Assembly (NCBI GenBank): GCA_038251625.1
Contig: JBBSBE010000007.1
Span: 992-64,991, forward strand
Direction of reading: 5' to 3'
Length of the DNA stretch: 64,000 bases
Origin: Rhodobacterales bacterium
GTDB taxonomy: Bacteria; Pseudomonadota; Alphaproteobacteria; Rhodobacterales; Rhodobacteraceae
A program made the position numbers and the translations under genes. This document shows positions 1 through 9,199 of the stretch, piece by piece (positions within the stretch are counted from its first letter, which is position 1; each line of letters begins with the position of its first letter). The notes beneath the pieces are model-generated. The model had not been told where the DNA came from, did not search any database, and saw only the letters and a program-made list of their open reading frames with translations.

Positions 1-771
1 GTCTTTCTGGATCATGGCGTTGGCGGCGGCATTGTCGCCGTAAAGGTAGGTGTACCAGCCCTTGATCGACCCATCGACGAAGCATTTCACCTGTTCGGGC
101 TTTGATGCCACCGTATCGGCCATCGTCTCGATCAGCGTCGAATAGGTGGAATAGCCTGCATCTGCGATCAGCCAGACATCGGGCTCGAACCCGCCGACGC
201 GCGCAACCTCGAACGGTTCGGACGACAGATACCCCTGCATCGCGCTGTTCTCATCCGCGATGAAGGGCGCTGCGTTGAAGGTATAGGGCACGCGCTGCTC
301 GGCGGTGAAGCCGTAGCTGTTGATCATCCACTGATAGAAGCTTGCAAAGCCCGCATCGCCGATAAAGATCGTGGGCAGCTTCTTGATATCCTCGAAGGTG
401 GATGCCTTGCCCGGATGGGTCAGCAACACCTGCGGTTCCTTCTGGAAAGCGGCCGCTACGGCGACCACGGGGATCCCTTCCTGCACCGCCGAGAACGCCT
501 CGAGCAGGTTGCCGCCCATATGGTAATCCACCTTGCCCGCGATCATCAGCGCGCGGTTGTTCACCTGCGGCCCACCCGGCTGGATCGTCACGTCCAACCC
601 GCAAGCAGCATAGGTGCCATCGGCGACCGACTGGTAGAACCCGCCATGTTCGGCCTGTGCCAGCCAGTTCGTGCCGAACACCACCTTGGCATTTTCGGCG
701 GCGGCAGCGGTGGACAGCGCCAGCGTTGCGGCGAGTGAGAGGCAGGCGGCGGATGTAACGGTCTTGGGCAT
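1..771 (-). CDS. ABC transporter periplasmic substrate-binding protein, NMT1/THI5-like (NitT/TauT-type); 3' end runs off the window
   Basis: Not in the ORF track because it is open at the window edge. My translation of the minus strand from ATG at 771 reads MPKTVTSAACLSLAATLALSTAAAAENAKVVFGTNWLAQAEHGGFYQSVADGTYAACGLDV... This is a signal peptide plus a family-typical GTNW..AEHGGFY block. The frame stays open to position 1. Confidence 0.7.
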   Translation of the reverse strand, partial: MPKTVTSAACLSLAATLALSTAAAAENAKVVFGTNWLAQAEHGGFYQSVADGTYAACGLDVTIQPGGPQVNNRALMIAGKVDYHMGGNLLEAFSAVQEGIPVVAVAAAFQKEPQVLLTHPGKASTFEDIKKLPTIFIGDAGFASFYQWMINSYGFTAEQRVPYTFNAAPFIADENSAMQGYLSSEPFEVARVGGFEPDVWLIADAGYSTYSTLIETMADTVASKPEQVKCFVDGSIKGWYTYLYGDNAAANAMIQKD

Positions 772-1015
772 GCGGGTTCTCCCGTGGGGGTGATCGATTC
801 TCTGCGCTCCAGCCTAGAGCGTCGGCGCCTGCGGGCGAGGGGCGCCGCGGCCACGGGTGGCCAATGCACGGAAAAATGCCGAAAGGGCGGGCGCGGGAGG
901 CTCGTTTTTGCCTGCTTTTTGTGCAAACACGGTGGATGAAGGTTCGATCTGCCTGCCTTCATCGCAACCAAGGCGATACTGGCGGCAGGCTGCACGCAAT
1001 GACCGGAGGTTTCTG

Positions 1016-1405
1016 ATGAAGATGCTTGCGCCGCAAACGATCAGCCCGCCCTTCGCGCGCTATGCCCATGGGGTAGAGGTGCCGGCGGGGGCGCGGCTGG
1101 TGGTGACCTCGGGGCAACTGGCGCTTTTGCCCGATGGCACGGTGCCCGAAGGGGCAGAGGCGCAGGCGCGGCTCTGCCTTGCAAGCTGCGCGGCGATCCT
1201 GGCCGAGGCGGGGATGGGACCGGCCGATGTGATCCGCATCAACGCCTTTGTCACCGACCGGGCGCATATGGCGGGCTACATGACGGCGCGGGATGCCTGG
1301 CTTGCCGGGGTCGCGCGCCTGCCATCCTCGACGCTGGTGATCGTATCAGGCTTCACCCGCCCCGAATTTCTGGTGGAGGTCGAGGTGACGGCGGCGGCGG
1401 TCTGA
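1016..1405 (+). CDS. RidA/YjgF (endoribonuclease L-PSP) family protein
   Basis: ORF 857..1405 trimmed to the in-frame ATG at 1016 (MKMLAPQTISPPFARYAHGVEV..TSGQLAL..INAFV..EVEVTA). Length and motifs are typical of the YjgF fold. Confidence 0.75.
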   Translation: MKMLAPQTISPPFARYAHGVEVPAGARLVVTSGQLALLPDGTVPEGAEAQARLCLASCAAILAEAGMGPADVIRINAFVTDRAHMAGYMTARDAWLAGVARLPSSTLVIVSGFTRPEFLVEVEVTAAAV

Positions 1406-1427
1406 CACCGCCGCCGGTCCCATCGGG

Positions 1428-2798
1428 TCAAAGCGCCACCCGGCGCCCTTCGCTGCGCAGGCCCGACAACTCCTCTGCCACCAGGAACGCCAGCTCCAGC
1501 GACTGGCTGGCATTGAGGCGCGGGTCGCAGGCGGTGTGGTAGCGGCTGGACAGATCCTCATCCGTCACCGCGCGCAGGCCGCCGGTGCATTCCGTCACAT
1601 CCTTGCCTGTCATCTCGAAATGCACGCCACCGGGGATCGTGCCTTCCGCCTTGTGGATGGCAAAGAATTCGCGCACCTCGCGCAGCACGCTTTCAAAGGG
1701 CCGGGTCTTGTAGCCCGAGGCCGCCTTGATCGTGTTGCCGTGCATCGGATCGCAGGACCACAAAACCTTGGCCCCTTCCTGCTGCACCGCGCGGATCAGG
1801 CGCGGCAGGTTCTCGCCCACCTTGCCCGCCCCGAAGCGCGCGATCAGCGTCAGGCGACCGGGCTCGTTCTCGGGGTTCAGCTTGGCCATCAGCACCTTCA
1901 GATCCTCGACCGTGGTCGAAGGCCCGCATTTCAGCCCGATGGGATTGAGCACACCCCTGGCAAACTCCACATGCGCGCCGTCCGGCTGCCGCGTGCGGTC
2001 GCCGATCCAGATCATGTGGCCCGAACCCGCAACCGGCTGGCCCGAAATGCTGTCGATCCGGCAGAGCGCCTCTTCATATTCCAGAAGCAGCGCCTCGTGG
2101 CTGGTATAGAACTCGACCGTCGACAGCATGTGCGCGGTATCGGCGTTCACGCCCGCGGCAGTCATGAAATCCAGCGCGTCCGAGATGCGGTTCGAGATGT
2201 CGCGGTAGCGTTCCGCCTTGTCATGCTCGGCAAAGCCGAGCGTCCAGGAATGCACGCGGTGTATATCGGCGAAACCGCCCGTGGAAAACGCGCGCAGAAG
2301 GTTCAGGCTGGCGGCGGCTTGGGTATAGGCCTGCAACATCCGCGCGGGATCGGGCTGGCGCGCCTCCATCGTCGGCTCGAAACCGTTGATGATATCGCCG
2401 CGATAGGACGGGTATTCCACGCCGCCGATCATTTCCGTGGGGGCAGAGCGGGGCTTGGCGAACTGCCCCGCCATCCGGCCCACTTTCACCACCGGCACCT
2501 TGGCGCCATAGGTCAGCACCACCGCCATCTGCAGCATCACGCGAAACGTATCGCGGATGTTGTCAGCGCTGAATTCGGCAAAGCTTTCGGCGCAGTCGCC
2601 GCCCTGCAGAAGGAATGCGCGGCCCTCGGCGGCCTCGGCCAGATGCTTCTTCAGCCGCCGCGCCTCGCCCGCAAAGACGAGGGGGGGATACTTCGCCAGT
2701 TGGGCCTCGGCCATCGACAGCGCGGCTGCATCGGAATAGTCCGGCATCTGCACCCGTGGCTTTGCGCGCCAATCGCTCTTTTTCCAACCCTTGGTCAT
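1428..2798 (-). CDS. 3-deoxy-7-phosphoheptulonate (DAHP) synthase, class II
   Basis: 456-aa ORF. The N-terminus ...[14 protein letters not shown]... and [29 protein letters not shown] blocks are characteristic of plant-type class II DAHPS. Confidence 0.9.
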   Translation of the reverse strand: MTKGWKKSDWRAKPRVQMPDYSDAAALSMAEAQLAKYPPLVFAGEARRLKKHLAEAAEGRAFLLQGGDCAESFAEFSADNIRDTFRVMLQMAVVLTYGAKVPVVKVGRMAGQFAKPRSAPTEMIGGVEYPSYRGDIINGFEPTMEARQPDPARMLQAYTQAAASLNLLRAFSTGGFADIHRVHSWTLGFAEHDKAERYRDISNRISDALDFMTAAGVNADTAHMLSTVEFYTSHEALLLEYEEALCRIDSISGQPVAGSGHMIWIGDRTRQPDGAHVEFARGVLNPIGLKCGPSTTVEDLKVLMAKLNPENEPGRLTLIARFGAGKVGENLPRLIRAVQQEGAKVLWSCDPMHGNTIKAASGYKTRPFESVLREVREFFAIHKAEGTIPGGVHFEMTGKDVTECTGGLRAVTDEDLSSRYHTACDPRLNASQSLELAFLVAEELSGLRSEGRRVAL

Positions 2799-2944
2799 CG
2801 GGCAACCCTCCGTCCCTCTTTGATGGGGCGCTCTATAGGCGCTATCGGGCGCCTCTGCAAAGGGCTTCCATGGTGATGGCCCTTGTGGCGGCAGGCGATT
2901 CCTGTTTCCCTGCCGCCCGAATACGACACTTGCAGGTCGCCCCT

Positions 2945-3967
2945 ATGTCCTCCGCACCGCGTAAAGCCACTCTGGTGGTGAAATCGGCCGCACCGAAGCG
3001 GTTCGTCTTTCTGCTGCTCGATCGCTTCACGATGCTCAGCTTCGCCAGCGCGATCGAGCCTTTGCGGATCGCAAACCGTGTGGCCGGGCAATCGCTTTAC
3101 ACCTGGGCGTTGGCGGGCGAGGCGGGGGCCGAAGGTGCGGTGACCTGTTCCAACGGCACGGCCTTCCGGCTGGACCTCGGGCTGGACGAGATTGACCGCG
3201 AGGATACCATTCTGGTCTGCGGCGGGATCGACGTGCAGAAGGCCACGACCAAACCGATCATCGGCTGGTTGCGGCGCGAGGCACGGCGCGGCGTGGCGAT
3301 GGGGGGCTTGTGTACCGGGGCCCATGCGCTGGCAAAGGCGGGGCTTCTGGACGGCAAGAAAGCCACGATACATTGGGAGAATCAGGACGGTTTTCTGGAA
3401 GAATTCGAGGCTGTGAAGCTGACGAAATCGGTGTTCGTGATCGACGGCAACAGGATGTCCACCGCAGGGGGCACCGCGTCGCTGGATCTGATGCTGAAGA
3501 TCATCGCGGGCGACCATGGCGAAGATATCGCCAACACCGTGGCCGACCAGTTGATCTATTCCGCCATCCGCACCGATCAGGACACGCAGCGCCTGTCGAT
3601 CCCCACCCGCATCGGCGTGCGGCATCCAAAGCTGAGCCAGGTCATCCAGATGATGGAAGCCGCCATCGAGGAACCGATCAGCCCGTCGGAACTGGCCGAG
3701 GATGTGGGGATGAGCACGCGGCAACTGGAGCGTCTGTTCCGCCGCTACCTGAACCGCAGCCCCAAGCGTTACTACATGGAACTCAGGCTGCAAAAGGCGC
3801 GCAACCTCCTGATGCAGACGGATATGAGCGTGATCAATGTGGCGCTGGCCTGCGGGTTCGCCAGCCCGTCGCATTTCTCCAAATGCTACCGCGCGCACTA
3901 CGAGACGACACCCTATCGCGAACGGGGAACGCACGGGGCGCCAGCGGTGCCCCGGCTGTCGATCTGA
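2945..3967 (+). CDS. GlxA-family transcriptional regulator (DJ-1/PfpI-like domain + AraC-type HTH)
   Basis: ORF 2615..3967 trimmed to ATG 2945 (MSSAPRK..FVFLLLDRFTMLSFASAIEPLRIANR...). The C-terminal AraC HTH reads ..STRQLERLFRRYL..SPKRYYMELRLQKARNLL..T..SVINVALACGFASPSHFSKCYR. Confidence 0.85.
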   Translation: MSSAPRKATLVVKSAAPKRFVFLLLDRFTMLSFASAIEPLRIANRVAGQSLYTWALAGEAGAEGAVTCSNGTAFRLDLGLDEIDREDTILVCGGIDVQKATTKPIIGWLRREARRGVAMGGLCTGAHALAKAGLLDGKKATIHWENQDGFLEEFEAVKLTKSVFVIDGNRMSTAGGTASLDLMLKIIAGDHGEDIANTVADQLIYSAIRTDQDTQRLSIPTRIGVRHPKLSQVIQMMEAAIEEPISPSELAEDVGMSTRQLERLFRRYLNRSPKRYYMELRLQKARNLLMQTDMSVINVALACGFASPSHFSKCYRAHYETTPYRERGTHGAPAVPRLSI

Positions 3968-4095
3968 AGCCCGGCAGCGGCGCCCGTGGCGTGCCGGGAA
4001 CGCGTGGACAGGTTAACGATCGGTAAAATTGAAAAGCCAACCGATTGAAATCATGTCTCTCTTATTTTGTCCACGCGTGCGACACGAGGAAAGGG

Positions 4096-5181
4096 CTAAC
4101 CCTGCGTCATCCGGAACGCCGTACCCTCCAGCACCGACAGGAACCAGATCGCGCCATCGCCGGCTTCCCGGATATCCCGCACACGCCCCGTTTCCGGCGT
4201 CTCGATCCGCGTCTCGGCATAGCCCGCGCCGGGGTCCAGGCGCGAGATCAGGCCGAACTTCAGGCTGCCGGTCAGCACATGCCCGCGCCAGTCCGCGAAC
4301 ATCCGCCCCGAATGGATCAGCAGACCCGACGGCGCGATCGAGGGGTCCCAGTAGTGTACGGGCTGTTCCAGCCCGCTCCTTGCCGTACCCTCGCCGATCT
4401 TTGATCCGTCATAATCGCGCCCGTAGGTGATGACCGGCCAGCCGTAATTCGCACCGGGCCGGATGCGGTTCAGCTCATCCCCGCCCCGCGCGCCATGCTC
4501 GATCGTCCACAAGGCTCCGTCGCCATCCAGCGCCGCGCCCTGAATGTTGCGGTGGCCAAGGCTCACAAGCCCCGGCAGCGCGCCCGGAAGGCTGGGCGGG
4601 CGGGGCGAGCCGTCGGGGGCGAAGGCGATGACCTTGCCCTCGGGCCGCCCGGCATCCTGCGCCCGCGCGCCTTGCCCCCTGTCCCCGGTGGTCAGGTAGA
4701 TCGTGCCGTCCCGCCCCTCCACGATGCGCGACCCGAAGTGCCGCCCGCCGCCGGTGGCGGGGCCAGCGTAAACCTCGCGCAGGTCGGTCAGGCGGCGGTC
4801 ATCCGCCGCCAGACGCGCGGTCGCCAAAGCGGTCGCGGCACCCGAACCCCTGGCCACCGCATAGCTGAGCCAGAGGCGGTGCGAGCGCGCGAAATCGCGG
4901 GCGGCGTGGATATCCAGAAGCCCCCCCTGCCCCACGGCCGCCACCTCGGGCAGGCCCGCGACGCGGCCAAGATCACCGCCATCCGGCGCAAAAAGCCTGA
5001 GCCGCCCCTCGCGTTCGGTGATCAGGAAGCGACCGTCCGGCAGGAAGGCCAGCGACCAGGGCTCGTCCAGGCCCGTCGCCATCGGGGCGATCCGCAGGCC
5101 CGTGGACGCGGCCACCTGCCGGGCAAAGATGGGGGCCGCCAGGGCGGATACGATCAGGACGCGTCGGGTAAGGCGGGGCAT
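4096..5181 (-). CDS. PQQ-dependent sugar dehydrogenase (YliI / sorbosone dehydrogenase family), secreted
   Basis: 361-aa ORF with a signal peptide (MPRLTRRVLIVSALAAPIFA). It has LDEPWSLAFLPDGRFLITEREGRLRL, GGRHFGSRIV and NYGWPVITYG blocks typical of soluble aldose dehydrogenases. Confidence 0.85.
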   Translation of the reverse strand: MPRLTRRVLIVSALAAPIFARQVAASTGLRIAPMATGLDEPWSLAFLPDGRFLITEREGRLRLFAPDGGDLGRVAGLPEVAAVGQGGLLDIHAARDFARSHRLWLSYAVARGSGAATALATARLAADDRRLTDLREVYAGPATGGGRHFGSRIVEGRDGTIYLTTGDRGQGARAQDAGRPEGKVIAFAPDGSPRPPSLPGALPGLVSLGHRNIQGAALDGDGALWTIEHGARGGDELNRIRPGANYGWPVITYGRDYDGSKIGEGTARSGLEQPVHYWDPSIAPSGLLIHSGRMFADWRGHVLTGSLKFGLISRLDPGAGYAETRIETPETGRVRDIREAGDGAIWFLSVLEGTAFRMTQG

Positions 5182-5226
5182 GGCACTCTCCGGTCTGGAT
5201 ACCTGTGAAGGTGCGAACCGATCCGC

Positions 5227-5261
5227 GACAGGGCAACCGCCGGCCCGGTCACAACCCTGTC
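5227..5261. repeat. Inverted repeat GACAGGG-N21-CCCTGTC in the divergent intergenic region between the sugar dehydrogenase and the ABC binding-protein gene
   Basis: Read directly: gacaggg (5227-5233) and ccctgtc (5255-5261) are reverse complements. Any function (operator?) is unknown. Confidence 0.3.
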
Positions 5262-5346
5262 AGACGCGCCTCGCGAGAGTGCTTTCCTTTTTAAAGGCCA
5301 CCGACTAGGTTTTGGGCAGGATTTCGATCCAACATGGGAGATCAGA

Positions 5347-6531
5347 ATGAAAAAACTGCTGCTTGCCTCTGCCGCCGTCGCGATGATCGCGGGCACCGCC
5401 GGGGCCGAAGATGTAAAACTGGGGATCCTGATCGGGTTCACCGGACCGATTGAATCGCTGGCGCCTGCTATGGCGGCGGCGGCGGAAATGGCGATGAAGG
5501 AAGTCAGCGATTCCGGCAAGCTCTTGGGCGGTTCGACCGTCACGCCGGTCCGCGCGGATTCGACCTGCGGCGACAGCGCAGCGGGTACCGCTGCGGCAGA
5601 ACGTTTGGTGACGTCGGACGCGGTCAAAGGCATCGTCGGCGGTGACTGTTCCGGCGTGACCGGCGCGGTGCTGCAGAACGTGGCGCGCCCGAACGGGATG
5701 GTGATGATCTCGCCCTCCGCCACGTCGCCCGCGCTGTCGACTGCCGAAGACGATGGCCTTTTCTTCCGCACGGCACCGTCCGATGCGCGCGAAGGTCAGG
5801 TGATGGCAGAGATCCTGATGGAAAAGGGCGTGAAGTCGATCGCGCTCACCTACACCAACAACGACTATGGCAAGGGTCTGGCCGAGGCGATCGCCGCGAA
5901 CTACACCGCAGCCGGTGGCACCGTCACGATCAACGTCGCGCATGAGGACGGCAAGGCCGACTATTCCTCGGAAGTGGCCTCGCTTGCGGCGGCTGGCGGC
6001 GACGTGCTTGTGGTTGCGGGCTACCTTGACCAGGGCGGACGCCGGATCATTCAGGCGGCGTTGGATACCGGCGCGTTCGAGACCTTCGGTCTGCCCGGCG
6101 GCATGATCGGCGACTCGCTGCCCGAGGCAATCGGGGCGGGCCTGAACGGGTCTTACGGTCAGATCGCAGGGTCCGACAGCAACGGCGCCGAGATCTTTGA
6201 AGGCATGGCCAAGGCGGCGGGCTTTGACGGCACCTCTGCCTATTCGCCCGAAAGCTATGACGCGGCGGCGCTTTTTGCGCTTGCGATGCAGGCGGCGGGA
6301 TCGTCCGATCCGCGCGTCTACAAGGACAAGGTTCTTGAAGTGGCGAACGCACCCGGCGAAAAGATCATGCCCGGTGAGCTTGCCAAGGCGCTGGAACTGA
6401 TCGCTGCTGGCACCGACATCGACTATGAGGGCGCCACGGCGGTGGAACTGATCGGGCCCGGCGAAAGCGCCGGTCGCTATCGCCAGATCGAAGTGCAGGA
6501 CGGCAAGAACGTGACCGTGGGCTTCCGTTGA
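5347..6531 (+). CDS. Branched-chain/hydrophobic amino-acid-type ABC transporter substrate-binding protein (Peripla_BP_6, LivJ-like)
   Basis: 394-aa ORF with a signal peptide MKKLLLASAAVAMIAGTAGA. VKLGILIGFTGPIESLA..., GIVGG.CSGVT and ISPSATSPALS blocks are present. It is the first gene of an operon with LivGFHM-like genes. Confidence 0.85.
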   Translation: MKKLLLASAAVAMIAGTAGAEDVKLGILIGFTGPIESLAPAMAAAAEMAMKEVSDSGKLLGGSTVTPVRADSTCGDSAAGTAAAERLVTSDAVKGIVGGDCSGVTGAVLQNVARPNGMVMISPSATSPALSTAEDDGLFFRTAPSDAREGQVMAEILMEKGVKSIALTYTNNDYGKGLAEAIAANYTAAGGTVTINVAHEDGKADYSSEVASLAAAGGDVLVVAGYLDQGGRRIIQAALDTGAFETFGLPGGMIGDSLPEAIGAGLNGSYGQIAGSDSNGAEIFEGMAKAAGFDGTSAYSPESYDAAALFALAMQAAGSSDPRVYKDKVLEVANAPGEKIMPGELAKALELIAAGTDIDYEGATAVELIGPGESAGRYRQIEVQDGKNVTVGFR

Positions 6532-6558
6532 TCGCACCGGACGCTTGACGCAATAGGC

Positions 6559-6587
6559 GGCTCGGGGGTTGCCCCCCGGGCCGTTTG
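6559..6587 (+). terminator. GC-rich hairpin (10-bp stem, 4-nt loop) followed by GTTTG; intra-operon attenuator/partial terminator after the binding-protein gene
   Basis: ggctcggggg (6559-6568) pairs with cccccgggcc (6573-6582), with one G-U pair. Placement after the SBP gene is common in ABC operons. Confidence 0.45.
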
Positions 6588-6652
6588 CAATGATAAGCCC
6601 GGCCCGCGCCAGCATGGCGAAAGGGCGACCGGGCACCCCGGAGGGGACGCGC

Positions 6653-7438
6653 ATGATCACCGTGCAGGACCTGCACAAGCATTTCGGCGGCTTCCGTGCG
6701 GTGGACGGGGCCTCGCTGACGATCGGCGAAGGGTCGATCACCGGGCTGATCGGCCCGAACGGCGCGGGCAAGACCACCCTTTTCAACGTGATCGCGGGCC
6801 GTCTGCCGCCCACCTCTGGCCGGGTGACGATGGCGGGCGAGGATATCACCGGCCTGCCGCCGCATGATCTTTTCCACAAGGGCCTGCTGCGCACCTTCCA
6901 GATTGCGCATGAATTCGGGTCGATGACGGTGCGGGAAAACCTGATGATGGTTCCCGCGCATCAAGCGGGCGAAACCTTGTGGAACGCGTGGTTCCGTCGT
7001 GGCGCCGTGGCCGCCGAGGAACGCCGCATCCGCGACCGGGCCGACGAGGTGCTGGAATTTCTGACCATCAGCCATCTTGCCGACCAGCGGGCGAGCCAGA
7101 TCTCGGGCGGGCAAAAGAAGCTGCTGGAACTGGGCCGCACGATGATGGTGGATGCCAAGGTGGTGTTTCTCGACGAGGTGGGCGCGGGGGTGAACCGCAC
7201 GCTTCTGAACACCATCGGCGACGCGATCATCCGCCTGAACCAGGAGCGCGGCTATACATTCTGCGTGATCGAGCACGACATGGATTTCATCGCCCGCCTT
7301 TGCGACCCGGTGATCGTGATGGCCGAGGGCCATGTGCTGGCCCAAGGCACCGTGGCCGAGGTCAAGGCAGACGAGCGGGTGATCGAGGCCTATCTGGGGA
7401 CCGGCCTCAAGAACAAGGTCAAGGAGGGGGCGGCGTGA
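6653..7438 (+). CDS. ABC transporter ATP-binding protein, LivG-like
   Basis: ORF 6569..7438 trimmed to ATG 6653 (MITVQDLHKHFGGFRAVDGASL..GLIGPNGAGKTTLFNVI). It has the signature SGGQKKLLELGR and Walker B VVFLDE. Confidence 0.9.
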   Translation: MITVQDLHKHFGGFRAVDGASLTIGEGSITGLIGPNGAGKTTLFNVIAGRLPPTSGRVTMAGEDITGLPPHDLFHKGLLRTFQIAHEFGSMTVRENLMMVPAHQAGETLWNAWFRRGAVAAEERRIRDRADEVLEFLTISHLADQRASQISGGQKKLLELGRTMMVDAKVVFLDEVGAGVNRTLLNTIGDAIIRLNQERGYTFCVIEHDMDFIARLCDPVIVMAEGHVLAQGTVAEVKADERVIEAYLGTGLKNKVKEGAA

Positions 7439-8046
7439 GGCCCCTCGTCCTGTCCATGCTTGTGGCGCTCACCTTGGCCCAGCCCGTCTTTTCGCAGGAA
7501 ATCGTCGCGAAGACGACCGTTGCGGGCAAGTCCGTGGTTCTCTACGACGATGGAGGATGGGCCTACGGTCCCACGGAAGAGTCGTGGTGCACCACTTTCG
7601 ACGCAGGGATCGACCTTTGCCTGCCGACGACGTGGGCGCGCATCCCGAACCCCGATGCGAACAGCCACGGCCTGCTTTTGCGCGCCGATGGCCTGCAGGC
7701 CGAAGTCTGGCATATCTGGCCCCGGCCAAACCTCGGGCAATCGATGGACCGGATTACAGAAATGCAAGCCTATCTGCTCGACGTCCTGTCCGACACGCCA
7801 AGCACCTCATATGCGACGAAGACGACTTGCGGGGGGTGCGTCGCGACGGCTTGGGCAATATTCGATCAGGATGGCTCGCAGACGCTGACCTCGATTGTTG
7901 GTCTGCCGTTCAGTTCGGTTTCCATCACAGTCACATCGACAAGACCGGACGTTTCCGCCGAAGACCTGACGAAGGTCGATGCGCTTTCCGCCGGTATCAC
8001 CGTGAACCCTTCTGTTTACGATAAGGCGTTCCGCGATGGCGAGTGA
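7435..8046 (+). CDS. Hypothetical secreted protein inserted between the two ABC ATPase genes
   Basis: In-frame part of ORF 6979..8046. GTG 7435 overlaps the LivG-like stop (GTGA); the alternative start is ATG 7456. It has a signal-like N-terminus (V)RPLVLSMLVALTLAQPVFSQE and Cys pairs WCTTFDAGIDLC and TCGGC. I recognise no family. Confidence 0.6.
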   Translation: MRPLVLSMLVALTLAQPVFSQEIVAKTTVAGKSVVLYDDGGWAYGPTEESWCTTFDAGIDLCLPTTWARIPNPDANSHGLLLRADGLQAEVWHIWPRPNLGQSMDRITEMQAYLLDVLSDTPSTSYATKTTCGGCVATAWAIFDQDGSQTLTSIVGLPFSSVSITVTSTRPDVSAEDLTKVDALSAGITVNPSVYDKAFRDGE

Positions 8047-8749
8047 ACCCTTCCTCATCGGCGAGGCGATGTCCGGCGGTTACGGCGGGGCGGATATCCT
8101 GCATGACTGCACCATCGCGGTGGAGAAGGGCCAGATCGCCGTGATCGTCGGGCCGAACGGCGCGGGGAAATCCACCGCGATGAAGGCTGTCTTTGGCATG
8201 CTGAACCTGCGGGGTGGTCATGTGCGCCTGATGGGCCGCGACATCACCGGCCTTTCGCCGCAAGACCGCGTGGCCTGCGGGATGGCTTTCGTGCCGCAGA
8301 CCCAGAACATCTTCACCACGATGACGGTGCAGGAAAACCTGGAGATGGGCGCGTTCCTGCGCCGCGACGATATTGCGGGCACGATGGAGCAGGTGTTCCA
8401 CCTCTTCCCCATCCTCAAGGACAAGCGCCGCCAGGCGGCGGGCGAGCTTTCGGGCGGTCAGCGCCAACAGGTGGCGGTGGGCCGGGCGCTGATGACGCAG
8501 CCGAAGGTGCTGATGCTGGACGAACCCACCGCCGGGGTCAGCCCCATCGTGATGGACGAGCTGTTCGACCGCATCATCGAGGTGGCCCGCACCGGGATTT
8601 CGATCCTGATGGTGGAACAGAACGCGCGGCAGGCGCTTGCGATCGCGCACAGGGGCTATGTGCTGGTGCAGGGCGCGAACCGGTTCACCGACACGGGCGA
8701 GGCGCTTCTGGCCGATCCCGAGGTGCGGCGAAGTTTTCTGGGGGGATGA
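8036..8749 (+). CDS. ABC transporter ATP-binding protein, LivF-like
   Basis: 237-aa ORF with Walker A GPNGAGKST, signature SGGQRQQVAVGRAL and Walker B LMLDEP. Confidence 0.9.
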   Translation: MASEPFLIGEAMSGGYGGADILHDCTIAVEKGQIAVIVGPNGAGKSTAMKAVFGMLNLRGGHVRLMGRDITGLSPQDRVACGMAFVPQTQNIFTTMTVQENLEMGAFLRRDDIAGTMEQVFHLFPILKDKRRQAAGELSGGQRQQVAVGRALMTQPKVLMLDEPTAGVSPIVMDELFDRIIEVARTGISILMVEQNARQALAIAHRGYVLVQGANRFTDTGEALLADPEVRRSFLGG

Positions 8750-9150
8750 GCGGGATGACAGGACACATCTTTCTTGCGGTGCCGCTGGCCTTCGTGTTGG
8801 CCCTCCTGACCGGTGGCACAGCCACCGCAGCCGAACAGCGCCGCTGCAAAACCGATTTCGCGGTCTTCCCAAGGGGCAATCAGCAGCGCGTGGTTCTTCA
8901 GGCAACGGTCGAAGCCGGGGACACGTCAGCCCGCGTCCGTGTCGATGGCAGCGGCGAATGGAGCGGCCGACGCACCCGTCTCGCGAGCGGTGCCGATACG
9001 GTCGTCTTCGATAGCGGTCCGGCCATCGAGACGCTGACAATCGGCGTTGGTGGCGCACTGCTCTGGGAGATCGCATATAGGGACAGGGTGGCGGGCGACG
9101 GGCGCGTGATTGCCTTCATAGGAATGTGCAAACCGTGGAAGGCACAATGA
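8746..9150 (+). CDS. Hypothetical small secreted protein inserted between ABC ATPase and permease genes
   Basis: 134-aa ORF. ATGA overlap with the LivF-like stop. Signal peptide MSGMTGHIFLAVPLAFVLALLTGGTATAAE. Two Cys, near the N- and C-ends of the mature part. I recognise no family. Confidence 0.55.
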   Translation: MSGMTGHIFLAVPLAFVLALLTGGTATAAEQRRCKTDFAVFPRGNQQRVVLQATVEAGDTSARVRVDGSGEWSGRRTRLASGADTVVFDSGPAIETLTIGVGGALLWEIAYRDRVAGDGRVIAFIGMCKPWKAQ

Positions 9151-9199
9151 CGGTTCGCGTCGCCTTGGCACTCGCCGTGCCCGCATCAGCCTTACGGAG

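Noticed and set aside
772-1015. Possible TPP (THI-box) riboswitch upstream of the NMT1/THI5-like binding-protein gene
   Set aside because: I looked for the CUGAGA and ACCUGAUCUGGAUAAUGCCAGCG-like core elements on the minus strand and did not find them. Only a short palindrome (ggccacgggtggcc, about 849-862) is present. A covariance-model scan (Rfam RF00059) would settle it.
3990-4095. AT-richer patch between the convergent GlxA-like and sugar-dehydrogenase genes
   Set aside because: It is short and has no ORF, no repeat structure beyond a 6-bp inverted repeat (atcggt/accgat) and no mobile-element signature. It is most simply a bidirectional termination or spacer region.
5305-6894. 529-aa ORF antisense to the ABC binding-protein and LivG-like genes
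   Set aside because: It spans an intergenic hairpin and two well-supported genes on the other strand. Its composition is low-complexity Arg/Gly/Pro. I treat it as a shadow ORF.
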